Assembly: GCA_963727445.1 (NCBI GenBank)
Contig: CAVSGI010000020.1
Span: 768,001-832,000, forward strand
DNA length: 64,000 nt
DNA from: an uncultured delta proteobacterium
GTDB lineage: Bacteria; Myxococcota_A; Polyangia; Polyangiales; B10-G4
Direction: 5' to 3'
Positions 10,118 to 20,158 of this stretch are shown here, piece by piece. The stretch's first letter is position 1. Each line of letters opens with the position of its first letter. The notes beneath the pieces are model-generated. The model was not told the DNA's origin. It worked only from the letters and a program-made list of their open reading frames with translations, and did not search any database. A program made the translations under genes and the position numbers.

Positions 10118-11337
10118 GCGGCTTCGACTACTTCATCGCCCTCGACGGGCACGGCCTCAACGGCTTCGAAGGCTACGGCGGCGTCGCCAAGCTCCGTCAC
10201 AATCCCGCCGGTGACCGCTGGGATGTCACGGCGAAGTTCTACGAGGGGCTCGCCGGCGGCCACGCCACCCAGATCAACCCCTCGGGCACCGTCGGCTACC
10301 TCGGCAATCTCTCCCAGACGCTGCTCTTCTACGATCCCGAGACGCTGGAGGAGATCGATCGCTTCTCCACCCTTCGCTTCCACGCGCCCGACACCTTCTA
10401 CAGCAGCCAGACCCACGTGCTCTGGCTCTCCGACGACACCTTCCTCACCTCCATCGACGGCGCCTTCTGGCGCTTTCGTCTAGGCGACCTCGCGCACCCG
10501 GAGGAGCTCGGCGCGCACGGCGCGACCCTGCCGCACGCGCTGAAGCGTTCGCCTTCGGGACGTTACGTCTTCTACGGCGCGATGGACCACGACACCCACG
10601 GCTACGCCAATCAGGTGGGCGTCTTCGACCTCGAAAAGGGCACGCCGCGTATCGTGCGCCTCCCCGCTACCTGCTGGCACCTCGGCGTCCACCCCACGAA
10701 GGACCTCTTCTACGCGCCGACGCAGCGCTGCGTCCCGCAGGGCGACGGCGAGTTCGCCGAGTATCTGCCGGCTTGCTACAAGGACTACCTCTTCGAGATC
10801 GACGGCGAGTCGGCGACGGTCACCCGTCACCTCACGATCCCCAAGGACGCCCCGGGCGGCGGCCTGACCTCGGACGTCGTCGTCACCGAGGATCGCGTCC
10901 TCTACAACAGCCCGATGAGCGGCTGCATCACCTTCGTCGACCTCGAGACCTTTCGCCACGTCGAGCACGTCGACGAGCGCGCGGGGTTGCTCCGCACCGC
11001 GCGCGCCATCCGTGCCGGCGTCGGCAACCTGGTCGAGGCGCTGGCCCGGGTGAACCTCCCCGATCACACCCACGCCTTCATCAAGGCGGTGCGGATGAGC
11101 CGGGGCAGCCTCCTCGACGGGAGCTACGGTCTCGCGCTCAGCCCGGACCGGAGGTTCCTCCTGTCCGCCCATCGCGGCCTGAACGAGGTCTTGGTCTACG
11201 ACTATCCCTCGCTCTCGCTCCGGCGACGCGTGCCCTTTCCCTCGATCCGGCAGTTCTTCCCGGGCCACATCGGACGCCTGGCCGACCCCCGACTCGGTTT
11301 CCACCACAGCACCCTCAAGGCGTCGCGCGCGGCCTGA
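10114..11337 (+). CDS. Hypothetical beta-propeller-like protein
   Basis: ATG 10114 overlaps the upstream stop, with GAGGAGG upstream; repeated blade-like motifs (INPSGTVGY, RSPSGRYVF, LSPDRRFLL). Confidence 0.7.
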   Translation: MSGFDYFIALDGHGLNGFEGYGGVAKLRHNPAGDRWDVTAKFYEGLAGGHATQINPSGTVGYLGNLSQTLLFYDPETLEEIDRFSTLRFHAPDTFYSSQTHVLWLSDDTFLTSIDGAFWRFRLGDLAHPEELGAHGATLPHALKRSPSGRYVFYGAMDHDTHGYANQVGVFDLEKGTPRIVRLPATCWHLGVHPTKDLFYAPTQRCVPQGDGEFAEYLPACYKDYLFEIDGESATVTRHLTIPKDAPGGGLTSDVVVTEDRVLYNSPMSGCITFVDLETFRHVEHVDERAGLLRTARAIRAGVGNLVEALARVNLPDHTHAFIKAVRMSRGSLLDGSYGLALSPDRRFLLSAHRGLNEVLVYDYPSLSLRRRVPFPSIRQFFPGHIGRLADPRLGFHHSTLKASRAA

Positions 11338-11368
11338 CGCGGGGTTTGCGGCTGCTATGGTTGACCGC

Positions 11369-13046
11369 GTGAGCGGCCTCGACCCCTATGCAGCCGTCGT
11401 CGGACGCCCCCTCGGGGGCGGGCGATACCTCGTGGGGGAGCGCATGGACGAAGGCGGCATGGGTGCCGTCTTCCGCGCGACGGACAACGAACAGGGTGAC
11501 GTCGTCGCCATCAAGGTCCTCCATCCGGATCTCGCCAAGGAGACCCGCCACGTCGCCCGCTTCTACCGCGAGGCCGAAACGGCGATGGCCCTGAGCCACC
11601 CGCACATCGTGGAGACGCGCACGGTGGGCGGCCCCGACGACGACCTCTGCTGGTTCGCGATGGAGCTGCTCGAGGGCAAGAGCCTCCATCAGATGCAGGG
11701 GGAGGGGCGGATGACCTTTCCGCCAGCGGAGGTGGTCCGCATCGGCCGGCAGATCCTCAGCGCCCTCGAAGCCACACACTCGGTTGGCGTTCTCCATCGC
11801 GATCTCAAGCCGGGCAACGTGATGCTCGTGGAAAAAGCCCGAGGGCTCGGTGGCGAAGCTCGTCGATTTCGGCATCGCGGTGCTCACCTCCTCCGAGACC
11901 TACACGCGCCTCACCGCCACCGGCATGGTCCTCGGGACGCCGGCCTACATGCCGCCGGAGCAGGTCTGCGGCGACGACCTCGACGCGCGCTCGGACGTCT
12001 ACTCGCTGGCCGCCACGCTCCACACAATCCTCGTCGGCGAGCCACCCTACGGCCGGGGCACCTGGGGCGAGATCCTGCCCAGGATCCTGACCGGCAGCCG
12101 GACGCGCCTCGAGACCCGCGGGTTGGACCGCCCTCTGGCGAGCGTGATCGAGCAGGGCCTGGCCGTCGATCGCGAGGCGCGGTGGGGGAGCGCGCGCGAG
12201 ATGGAGCTCGCGCTCTCGGCCCTCGACGTCGCCGGCCAGCGCACGGTCCTCGAGTGGCAACCGCCTCCGCAGATCTCGGCGCTTCACCTCGGCCCCTTCG
12301 ACAACACCGGCCCCGGTTTCGCGAAGACCCTCGAATCGCAGCGCCCAGGGCCCTTTCCCTCGACGCGTGAGCAGCCTTCATCGAATCCTCCACCCCCCGC
12401 GGCGCCGCGCGCCGAGCCGTCACATCTCGCGGGTCCCGACCCGGTGATCGACGCGGTGCCGGAAGCGGAGCTTCGCGTGCCGATGCGGGGAGGCCTCTGG
12501 CCCCTCTTCGCGCTGGGCGCGGTGGGGAGCCTGCTGGCGGCCGGCCTCGTGTTCTGGGTGCTGACCGACGTCGAGGGGACGCAGGCGGAGGCGCCGGCGA
12601 CGCCGGCGGACGTTGCGGCGCCCGCGGAGGAGACACCGGCCACCGAAGCGCGTGACGAGGTCGCGTCCGGAGGGGGCGACATTCCGGAGGGCGTCGAGGC
12701 GCCGGCGGAGGTCGCGTCCGAAGAGGAGACGCTCCCGGCCGAGGAAGAGGTGCGCGCTCGTTCTCTGTCGGCTCGGCGCACGACGAGCTCGCGCCGCGCC
12801 GGCACCGAGGGGGTGGCCACAGCCGAGACTACCTTGGACGACGACGAAGAATGGAAAGCGGAAGAGGAGGGTGCGACGCCGATGGCTTCCACCGGCCCCA
12901 CCTCGCCACCCGCGGAGACCGAGACGAATCGGCGTCCCGCGATCATGGTCAACGTGGTCGGCAGCGGCGGCTCCTCGGTCACCGCGGTGGCGCCCGGCAC
13001 CGATCCCTCCCTCGTGCCGATGGTCACTTACCGTACACACCGCTGA
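11369..13046 (+). CDS. Membrane Ser/Thr protein kinase (frameshift near 11835)
   Basis: GGMGAVF, VAIKVL and HRDLKPGN in ORF 11357; DFG, GTPAYMPPEQ, SDVYS and a TM helix in ORF 11850. The shift fits one extra A in an A5 run. Confidence 0.85.
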
Positions 13047-14662
13047 TGGCTCGGGAGGAGAGACACTGGTGGCGCCGCGGCGTCGTCTATCAGATCTATC
13101 CGCGCTCCTTCGCCGACGGAGACGACAACGGGATCGGTGATCTCTGCGGCATTCGGTCGCGCCTGCCGTATCTCCGTGCGCTCGGTATCGACGCCATCTG
13201 GCTGAGCCCCTTCTATCCGAGCCCGTTTCGGGACGGCGGTTACGACGTCGCGGACTATCGCGACGTCGACCCGCGTTTCGGCAGCCTCGCCGATGCGGAG
13301 TCGTTGATCGCGGAGGCCCACGCTCACGAGATCCGCGTGATCGTCGACCTCGTTCCGAACCACACCTCGAGCGACCACCGCTGGTTTCGCGAAGCCCTCG
13401 CGGCCGGACCGGGCGCCGCCGCACGGCGCCGCTACATCTTTCGCCAGGGCCGCGGAAGCGACGGATCCGAGCCTCCGAACAACTGGACCTCGATCTTCGG
13501 TGGGCCCGCCTGGACGCGCGTCGTGGACGGCGAGTGGTACCTGCACCTCTTCGATGAGTCACAGCCGGACCTCGACTGGCAGAACGAGGAGGTGCGCGCC
13601 GAGTTCGACGACATCCTGCGCTTCTGGCTTTCGCGCGGCGTCGACGGCTTTCGCATCGACGTCGCGCACGGGATGGTCAAGGACCCTACGCTCCCCGATC
13701 TCGACAACCCGACGGAGCTGCTCGCCACCGAGTTTCCCGAGAACCATCCGCATTGGGACCGTCACGGGATCCACGAGGTCAACCGCCGCTTCCGCTCGGT
13801 GCTCGACGCTTCGGGGCGAGACGTGATGATGGTCGCCGAGGCCTGGGTCCACCCGGAACGGCTCGCCCAATACCTTCGGCCAGACGAGTACCACCAGTCC
13901 TTCAACTTCGACTTCCTCAAGGCCGAGTGGGAGCGACGAGAAGTGAAAGACGCGATCACGCGCGCGCTCGAGGCGGCCCGAGCCGTGGGGTCCACCCCCA
14001 CCTGGACGCTTTCGAATCACGACGTGATGCGCCACGCCACGCGCTACGGTCTTCCGCCGGGCACGGATTGGCAGCGCTGGCCTCTCACCGGTCCCCACGA
14101 CGCCCTCGACCCGGCGCTCGGACTGCGCCGCGCACGGGCGGCGACGCTCATGCTCCTCGCACTCCCGGGCTCGACCTATCTCTACCAGGGCGAGGAGCTG
14201 GGGCTGCCGGAGGTCTGGGACCTGCCGCCAGAGGTGCTCGACGATCCGGTGTGGGAGAGCTCGGGACACGCGCTCAAGGGCCGGGATGGCTGCCGGGTGC
14301 CGCTGCCCTGGACGCGAGAGGGTCCGTCGTTCGGCTTCGGCGGGTGCGCGCCCTGGTTGCCGCAGCCGGCGGTCTTCTCCGAGCTCTCGGTGGAGGCGCA
14401 GGACGGCGTGGCCGGCTCCACCCTCGAGCTCTACCGCCGCGCGCTCGCGCTCCGCGCCACGCATCTCGCGGCCGACGAGGAGCTCGAGTGGGTCGAGCTC
14501 GGCCCCGGCTCCCTCGCGTTCCGGCGCGGCTCGGGCGTGGTCTGTGTCGTGAGCTTCGGCGCAGAGGTGAAGCTGCCCGAAGGGCGCGTGCTGCTCGCAT
14601 CGGTAGAAGGCGCCCGTGGCACGCTGGCGAAGGATGCGACCGCCTGGGTCCTGCCCGAGTAG
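13046..14662 (+). CDS. Glycoside hydrolase family 13 (alpha-glucosidase type)
   Basis: WWRRGVVYQIYPRSF, DGGYDVADY, VPNHTS, GFRIDVAH, AEAW, SNHD, YQGEELG, GRDGCRVP; TGATG overlap at 13046. Confidence 0.95.
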   Translation: MAREERHWWRRGVVYQIYPRSFADGDDNGIGDLCGIRSRLPYLRALGIDAIWLSPFYPSPFRDGGYDVADYRDVDPRFGSLADAESLIAEAHAHEIRVIVDLVPNHTSSDHRWFREALAAGPGAAARRRYIFRQGRGSDGSEPPNNWTSIFGGPAWTRVVDGEWYLHLFDESQPDLDWQNEEVRAEFDDILRFWLSRGVDGFRIDVAHGMVKDPTLPDLDNPTELLATEFPENHPHWDRHGIHEVNRRFRSVLDASGRDVMMVAEAWVHPERLAQYLRPDEYHQSFNFDFLKAEWERREVKDAITRALEAARAVGSTPTWTLSNHDVMRHATRYGLPPGTDWQRWPLTGPHDALDPALGLRRARAATLMLLALPGSTYLYQGEELGLPEVWDLPPEVLDDPVWESSGHALKGRDGCRVPLPWTREGPSFGFGGCAPWLPQPAVFSELSVEAQDGVAGSTLELYRRALALRATHLAADEELEWVELGPGSLAFRRGSGVVCVVSFGAEVKLPEGRVLLASVEGARGTLAKDATAWVLPE

Positions 14663-14717
14663 CGCGGGCGCATCTCGTCACTCGACAAGCCCGGTTGTCG
14701 TCCCACAATGGGGCCGC

Positions 14718-15368
14718 ATGGGTCAGCCCGCCTTCTTCGACATGGACCGCACGGTGCTGCGCGTCGACTCCAGCACGAGCTGGATGCGCTTTCTGCGCCG
14801 GCGCGGCGAGCTGTCTCGTTCCTTCGTCGCCAAGGCGACCTTCTGGGGGCTTCAGTACAAGCTCGCCCTCTTGGACATCGACGCGATGGCGGATCGGGTC
14901 GCGGCCGACCTTCGCGGGATCCTGGAAGCCGATCTGATCCACAAGACGAACCTCTGGCATGCGGAGGATCTCGCGACCGAGATCGCGCCCTTGGCCATCG
15001 AGGCGATCGCGCAACACCGCCGCGCGGGTGACGTGGTCGTCCTCTTGACGGGCGGCAGCCCCTACGTCGCGAAGAACGTGGCAGGCGCGCTCGACATCGA
15101 GCACGTGCTGAGCACGGAGCTCGAGGTCGAGCAGGGGCGCTTCACGGGTCGCCTCTCGCAGCGCTGTTTCGGTGCGCACAAGGTCGAGGTCGCCGAGCGC
15201 TGGGCGCGCGACAACGGCTACGCGCTCGATGGGGCGACGTTCTACAGCGACAGCTACAACGACCTGCCCATGCTCGAGCGGATCGGCAGGCCGGTGGCGG
15301 TCAACGCGGACCCGCGGCTCAGACGGCACGCGACCCGCAACGGTTGGTCCATCGTCTCGTGGGCCTGA
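14718..15368 (+). CDS. HAD-IB family hydrolase (SerB-like)
   Basis: FFDMDRT motif I and YSDSYNDLPML motif. Confidence 0.85.
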   Translation: MGQPAFFDMDRTVLRVDSSTSWMRFLRRRGELSRSFVAKATFWGLQYKLALLDIDAMADRVAADLRGILEADLIHKTNLWHAEDLATEIAPLAIEAIAQHRRAGDVVVLLTGGSPYVAKNVAGALDIEHVLSTELEVEQGRFTGRLSQRCFGAHKVEVAERWARDNGYALDGATFYSDSYNDLPMLERIGRPVAVNADPRLRRHATRNGWSIVSWA

Positions 15369-15401
15369 GCGCGGACGGTCATCTGACTCAGAACGGCCGA
15401 G

Positions 15402-15503
15402 CGTACTTTTCCCCCACGTCCTCCGCGCAGGTGGGGCGAATCACCCCAGCAGGCGTTCCAAACGTCCGCAATTCGTGCCCCGTCTGGTGGCACGCGGGCT
15501 GCT
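15402..15503 (+). promoter_or_regulatory. Candidate sigma-54 promoter with upstream activator sites
   Basis: TGGCACGCGGGCTGCT at 15488-15503 has GG-N10-GC spacing; inverted repeat TGGGG-N7-CCCCA at 15432-15448 and a CCCCCAC half-site at 15411. Confidence 0.6.
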
Positions 15504-15548
15504 TGTCGACTTCGCACGGTCAATCCTGCTATTGCCCGGGGAACACCC

Positions 15549-17021
15549 GTGCGCGTCGCTCTCAAGCTCACGACCTTCATTCTGGCCCTGCTCATCGGCG
15601 TTCTCGCGCTCGAAGGGTGGCTCCGAGTACAGAACGAACGCGAGGTCTTCGAGCTCGACATCGAGCACGAGCAGCGACTGCTGGGACATTCGCTGAGGCC
15701 TTCGGTGGAGCTCGCATGGCGGAGCGAGGGTCTCGCCGAGGCCGAGGCCATCCTCTCGCGCGCGGAGCAGGGCGAGGACGAGGTGCGCGTGCGCCTGACG
15801 CGTCTGGACGCCGTCGGAGAGGAGGCGCCGCTGCATCGAGACACCGCGCGGCTCGCTACCCAGGAGGGTGCAGTGGCGAGCCTGGTCGATCGCTCCTCCT
15901 CGCCCGGCGTGGTGTTCACCTACGTGCCCATCACCTCTCCACGAGGCGAGAACGTGGTGATCGAGCTCTCGGAATCGCTCGCCAGAGCCGAGCAGCGCCT
16001 CGACAAGAGCGTGGTCCGCGTCCTGTTGACCGCGCTGGCCATCGTTCTCGGGGCCGGAATCCTGGCGTTGGCGTTGGGCGAGCGGATCGTGGGCGTCCCG
16101 GTGCGGCGTCTGGTGGAGCTGGCGGCGCGCATCGGCGAGGGGGATTTCAGTCCGCCGACTTCGCCGGTGAGTCGTTGGGACGAGCTCGGGCAGCTGAAGA
16201 TCGCCATCGGCGCGATGGTTCAAGGTCTGGCCAAAGCGCGAGACCGCGCGGAACGCGAGACGGACGCTCGTCTCGAAGCCGAGCGCGAGATGCGACGCAG
16301 CGAACGCCTCGTCGCGGTGGGCACGCTCGCCGCCGGTGTCGCGCACGAGCTCGGAACACCGCTGCAGATCATCTCGGGTCGCGCCCGAATGATAGAGGAC
16401 GAGTCGACCGCGAGCGAGACCAGCAAGCGCAACGCGCGCATCGTTCACGATCAGGCGAGCCGCATGGAACGCATCGTCCGGCAGCTGCTGAGCCTCGAGC
16501 GGCCGGCGCGCAGGGTGCGCACGCCGCTGACGATCAGCGCACTGGCGCGGGAGACAGTCGAGCTCCTGACGCCGACCGCGAAGAAGGTCGACGTGGAGTT
16601 GTCGGTGACGGTGGAGGACGAGGGCCCCGTTCACGGCGATCGAGACCACCTCGGCCAGCTCATCACCAACCTTGTCCAGAATGCCATCCAGGCGATGAAA
16701 GATGGCGGCCACGTCTGGGTCACCGTACGGCGCGCCCGAGAGGTCGACCCGCCATCCGAGGAGCTGGGGCGGGCCTCGGACTACGTCTGCCTCGAGGTGG
16801 CGGACGATGGTCCCGGGGTTCCGGAGGAGATCCGCAGCCAGATCTTCGACCCCTTCTTCACCACCAAGGAGGTCGGCAGCGGCACCGGATTGGGGCTCTC
16901 CCTGGTCCACAACATCGCCAGGGATCACGAGGGATGGATCGAGGTGGGAGGTTCGAGAGAGGATGACCGCGCCGGCGCGGTTTTTCGCGTCTATCTTCCG
17001 AGAGACGAGGGAGCGTCTTGA
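15549..17021 (+). CDS. HAMP-domain sensor histidine kinase
   Basis: Two TM segments, HAMP region, AHELGTPL H-box, [25 protein letters not shown]. Confidence 0.95.
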   Translation: MRVALKLTTFILALLIGVLALEGWLRVQNEREVFELDIEHEQRLLGHSLRPSVELAWRSEGLAEAEAILSRAEQGEDEVRVRLTRLDAVGEEAPLHRDTARLATQEGAVASLVDRSSSPGVVFTYVPITSPRGENVVIELSESLARAEQRLDKSVVRVLLTALAIVLGAGILALALGERIVGVPVRRLVELAARIGEGDFSPPTSPVSRWDELGQLKIAIGAMVQGLAKARDRAERETDARLEAEREMRRSERLVAVGTLAAGVAHELGTPLQIISGRARMIEDESTASETSKRNARIVHDQASRMERIVRQLLSLERPARRVRTPLTISALARETVELLTPTAKKVDVELSVTVEDEGPVHGDRDHLGQLITNLVQNAIQAMKDGGHVWVTVRRAREVDPPSEELGRASDYVCLEVADDGPGVPEEIRSQIFDPFFTTKEVGSGTGLGLSLVHNIARDHEGWIEVGGSREDDRAGAVFRVYLPRDEGAS

Positions 17022-18388
17022 AGCCCACAGTTCTGATCGTCGACGACGACGCCGACCTTCGCGACCTGATGCGCGAGCAAATCGAAACACGGGGGACCTA
17101 TCGGCCGCTCTCCGCCAGAAGTGCGGATGCCGCCATGGAGCTGTTGCGGGACGAGCCGGTGGACGTGGTGGTGACCGACCTGAGGATGCCGGGCCCTTCG
17201 GGCACCGATCTCTGCCGTGAGATCGTTCGCGATCGGCCGGATGTGCCGGTGGTGATCATGACCGCCTTCGGCAGTCTCGACGCCGCGGTCGATGCCATCC
17301 GCGCCGGTGCCTACGACTTCTTGACGAAGCCCTTCGAGCCGGAGCGCCTCGAGCTCGTCCTCGATCGCGCGCTCGAGGATCGGACCCTGCGCGACGAGGT
17401 CCGCCGTCTCAGGCGCCAGACGGGAGACTCCCCCGGCTACCTCGGCATGGTGGGCACCAGCCCTCCGATGCAGCGCCTGTACGAGATCATCGATCGCGTC
17501 GCGACCTCCGAGGCCTCGGTGCTCGTCCTCGGGGAGAGCGGCACCGGCAAGGAGCTCACCGCGCGGGCGCTCCATCGCCGGAGCCGGCGCGCGAGCGGGC
17601 CTTTCGTCGCGGTCAACTGCGCCGCGATGCCGGAGCAACTCCTCGAGAGCGAGCTCTTCGGACACGAGAAGGGGGCGTTCACCGATGCCCGCAGCGCGCG
17701 TCGCGGGCTGCTCCGCGAAGCCGAAGGGGGCACTGTCCTCCTCGACGAGGTCGGCGATCTCTCTGCGACGCTGCAGCCGAAGCTGCTCCGCGCGCTCCAG
17801 GAGCGGCGCATTCGGCCGGTGGGCGGTGACAGCGAAGTGGAGATCGACGTGCGGATCCTCGCAGCCACCCACCGCGATCTGCGGAGCGCGGTCGACGCCG
17901 GAACCTTCCGGGCGGACCTCTACTATCGGCTCAACGTGATCGCCATCGAGGTGCCGCCGCTGCGCGAGCGTGGGGACGACGTGCTGTTGCTCGCCGAGAG
18001 CTTCATCGACGAGGTCGCGGCTCGTGACCGCATGACCTCTCCCACGCTCTCGAGCGAGGTGGTGCGCCGGCTGCTCACGTACACGTGGCCGGGCAACGTC
18101 CGCGAGCTTCACAACTGCATCGAGCGCTGTGTGGCCCTCGCCGGGGAGGGAGAGATTGAGCTCTCGCATCTGCCGACGGAGGTGCGGGAGGGACCTTCGC
18201 ACTCCCCCGAGGTCTCCGAGGAGGAGGTGGCGACCCACGCCTTCCCGACCCTCTTCGAGGTCGAGCGGCGCCACATCCTCCGCGTCCTCGACGCCGTGGA
18301 TGGGAACAAGAGCCAGGCGGCGCGCATCCTGGGGATCGACCGCAAGACCCTCCACGCCCGTCTGGTCCGCTACGGCGCGACCAGCTGA
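17018..18388 (+). CDS. Sigma-54-dependent response regulator (NtrC/AtoC family)
   Basis: Receiver domain, GESGTGKE, GAFTDA, WPGNVREL and a Fis-type helix-turn-helix. Confidence 0.95.
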   Translation: MKPTVLIVDDDADLRDLMREQIETRGTYRPLSARSADAAMELLRDEPVDVVVTDLRMPGPSGTDLCREIVRDRPDVPVVIMTAFGSLDAAVDAIRAGAYDFLTKPFEPERLELVLDRALEDRTLRDEVRRLRRQTGDSPGYLGMVGTSPPMQRLYEIIDRVATSEASVLVLGESGTGKELTARALHRRSRRASGPFVAVNCAAMPEQLLESELFGHEKGAFTDARSARRGLLREAEGGTVLLDEVGDLSATLQPKLLRALQERRIRPVGGDSEVEIDVRILAATHRDLRSAVDAGTFRADLYYRLNVIAIEVPPLRERGDDVLLLAESFIDEVAARDRMTSPTLSSEVVRRLLTYTWPGNVRELHNCIERCVALAGEGEIELSHLPTEVREGPSHSPEVSEEEVATHAFPTLFEVERRHILRVLDAVDGNKSQAARILGIDRKTLHARLVRYGATS

Positions 18389-18426
18389 GCGAGGCAGAGC
18401 GGACCGGCTTCTGCTACGATCCCCTC

Positions 18427-19464
18427 GTGCAGGAACCGCAGGTCGAGGAGCGCATCGCCGAAAAGAAGGAGCGCGTGCACGTGCTCACCGGCGCGGTCTG
18501 CAACAACAACTGCGTCTTCTGCATGGAGGAGGACCGCGAGGCCCGCTACGAGGTCAACTCGCAGACGACCGATGAGGTCGTGCGCTTCATCCTCGAGGAG
18601 AACCGGGGCTGCGAGGAGATCTGCTTCACTTCGGGTGAGCCCACCTTGAACAAGCGTCTCCCCCTCTGGGTGAATTGGGCCAAGGAGGCCGGCGTCCCAC
18701 GGATCAGCGTGATGACCAACGGCCGCAGCCTCGGCTACGAGCGCTACGCGCGGATGCTGGTCAAGGCGGGGATGAACCGCTTCTACGTGTCGATTCACGG
18801 GCACGAAAAGCGCCTTCACGAGGGTCTCACCCGGACGCCCGACAGCTTCGAGCAGACCGTCGCGGGTCTGGATCAGATCACCAAGCTCAAGCGCTTCGGT
18901 GTCGAGCTGCACACCTCGACGGTGGTCACCAAGCGAAACCTGCCCCACCTCTCGGACATCTACCGCTTCCTGCGAAGCCACGGCGTCGACCAGGTCGTCT
19001 TCAACGTCATGCAGGCCAACGGCCGCGCCAACACCCACTTCGAGAAGATCTTCCCGCGCTACACCGACATCGCAGCCGAGGCGGCGCGTTTCCTCGCCGA
19101 AGCCGGCAAGCACGAGGATCAGGTGATGGCTTTCCTGGTGGACATCCCGCTGTGCACCACCGAAGCGCTTCCGGATTTCAACCGGGGCTTCGTCGAGGCG
19201 TACAAGCACTACGAGCCTCCAGGCGGCGCCGGCCACGACACCGTCCTATCCGCCACCTTCGACGCATCCAATCAGGTGCAGGGCCCGGAGGGAGAGCTGG
19301 TGCAGATCCGCCGCGCCGACCTGGACGAAGACGTCCGCTCCAAACGCGCCGAGTGCAGAAGCTGCCGCTACGACGCAGTCTGTGAGGGCGTCTGGGCGAA
19401 CTACTCGAGGCGCTTCGGCTGGGACGAGATGCAGCCGGTCCGTGCTAGCCTCCCCTCCGAGTGA
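18427..19464 (+). CDS. Radical SAM protein, HxsC-like
   Basis: CNNNCVFC, TSGEPT, TNG, IPLC and C-terminal CRSCRYDAVCEG. Confidence 0.85.
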   Translation: MQEPQVEERIAEKKERVHVLTGAVCNNNCVFCMEEDREARYEVNSQTTDEVVRFILEENRGCEEICFTSGEPTLNKRLPLWVNWAKEAGVPRISVMTNGRSLGYERYARMLVKAGMNRFYVSIHGHEKRLHEGLTRTPDSFEQTVAGLDQITKLKRFGVELHTSTVVTKRNLPHLSDIYRFLRSHGVDQVVFNVMQANGRANTHFEKIFPRYTDIAAEAARFLAEAGKHEDQVMAFLVDIPLCTTEALPDFNRGFVEAYKHYEPPGGAGHDTVLSATFDASNQVQGPEGELVQIRRADLDEDVRSKRAECRSCRYDAVCEGVWANYSRRFGWDEMQPVRASLPSE

Positions 19465-19934
19465 GCGGCGAAAAGATCGAGGGGAAGGGCGCGCTGGTGG
19501 GGCTCGGCGTGGCGGCGGTCGTGGTCGCGGGGATCATCGCCATCGTGATGCATCTGAGCTCGGCCTCGAAGAGCGCGGTGTCGGGGTCGCTCACCATCGA
19601 CGGCGCGACGTTTCAGCCGACGGTGTGTCGTTCGGGCAAGCTCGAGGACGATGGCCCGCACGATCGACCGCGCTTCTTCGGCGTCGAGCTCCTGGGGAGC
19701 GGCCGGACGGTGCGCGTGCTCGATGACCCGACCCAGGGCCAGCGCGTGCTGATCCTCGACGGCAACGGAGCGCCGCGCACGGTGGATCGCGCCCAGTGCG
19801 AGCGCTTCGAGATGCAGCTTCAGGAGACCGGAGAGCTGATCATGGAGGTGTGGGGGATGGGCGGCTCCCTCGCCCTCGATTGCCCGGACGTCAGCGGCGA
19901 GGTTCGCTTCGAGAGCTGCTACAGCGGTCGCTGA
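19461..19934 (+). CDS. Hypothetical membrane-anchored protein
   Basis: GTGA overlap with the rSAM stop; N-terminal TM helix; four Cys in the soluble part. Confidence 0.7.
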   Translation: MSGEKIEGKGALVGLGVAAVVVAGIIAIVMHLSSASKSAVSGSLTIDGATFQPTVCRSGKLEDDGPHDRPRFFGVELLGSGRTVRVLDDPTQGQRVLILDGNGAPRTVDRAQCERFEMQLQETGELIMEVWGMGGSLALDCPDVSGEVRFESCYSGR

Positions 19935-19987
19935 TGGACCATCGGCTCGCGTAGCCGGGGCGCCAGCCTTCACCGTCGCTCGCCCAT

Positions 19988-20158
19988 CTAGAAGAGCGTG
20001 TAGACGAAGGGCGCGACGTGGCCGAGGCCAGTGGTCAGCAAGAGGAGGATCCCCGCCGCGATCAACACCAGGAGCAGCGGCGCCAGGAAGAAGCGCCGGC
20101 GATGCAGGAAGTGGCGGAAGAGGGCGGCGACGGTGCGGAGGCGGGAGAGCTTCATCAT
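19988..20158 (-). CDS. Small membrane protein, DUF5989/SxtK-like (56 aa)
   Basis: MMKLSRL...RRRFFLAPLLLVL...VAPFVYTLF; the APFxYTLF end is typical of this family; overlaps the carbamoyltransferase stop. Confidence 0.8.
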   Translation of the reverse strand: MMKLSRLRTVAALFRHFLHRRRFFLAPLLLVLIAAGILLLLTTGLGHVAPFVYTLF

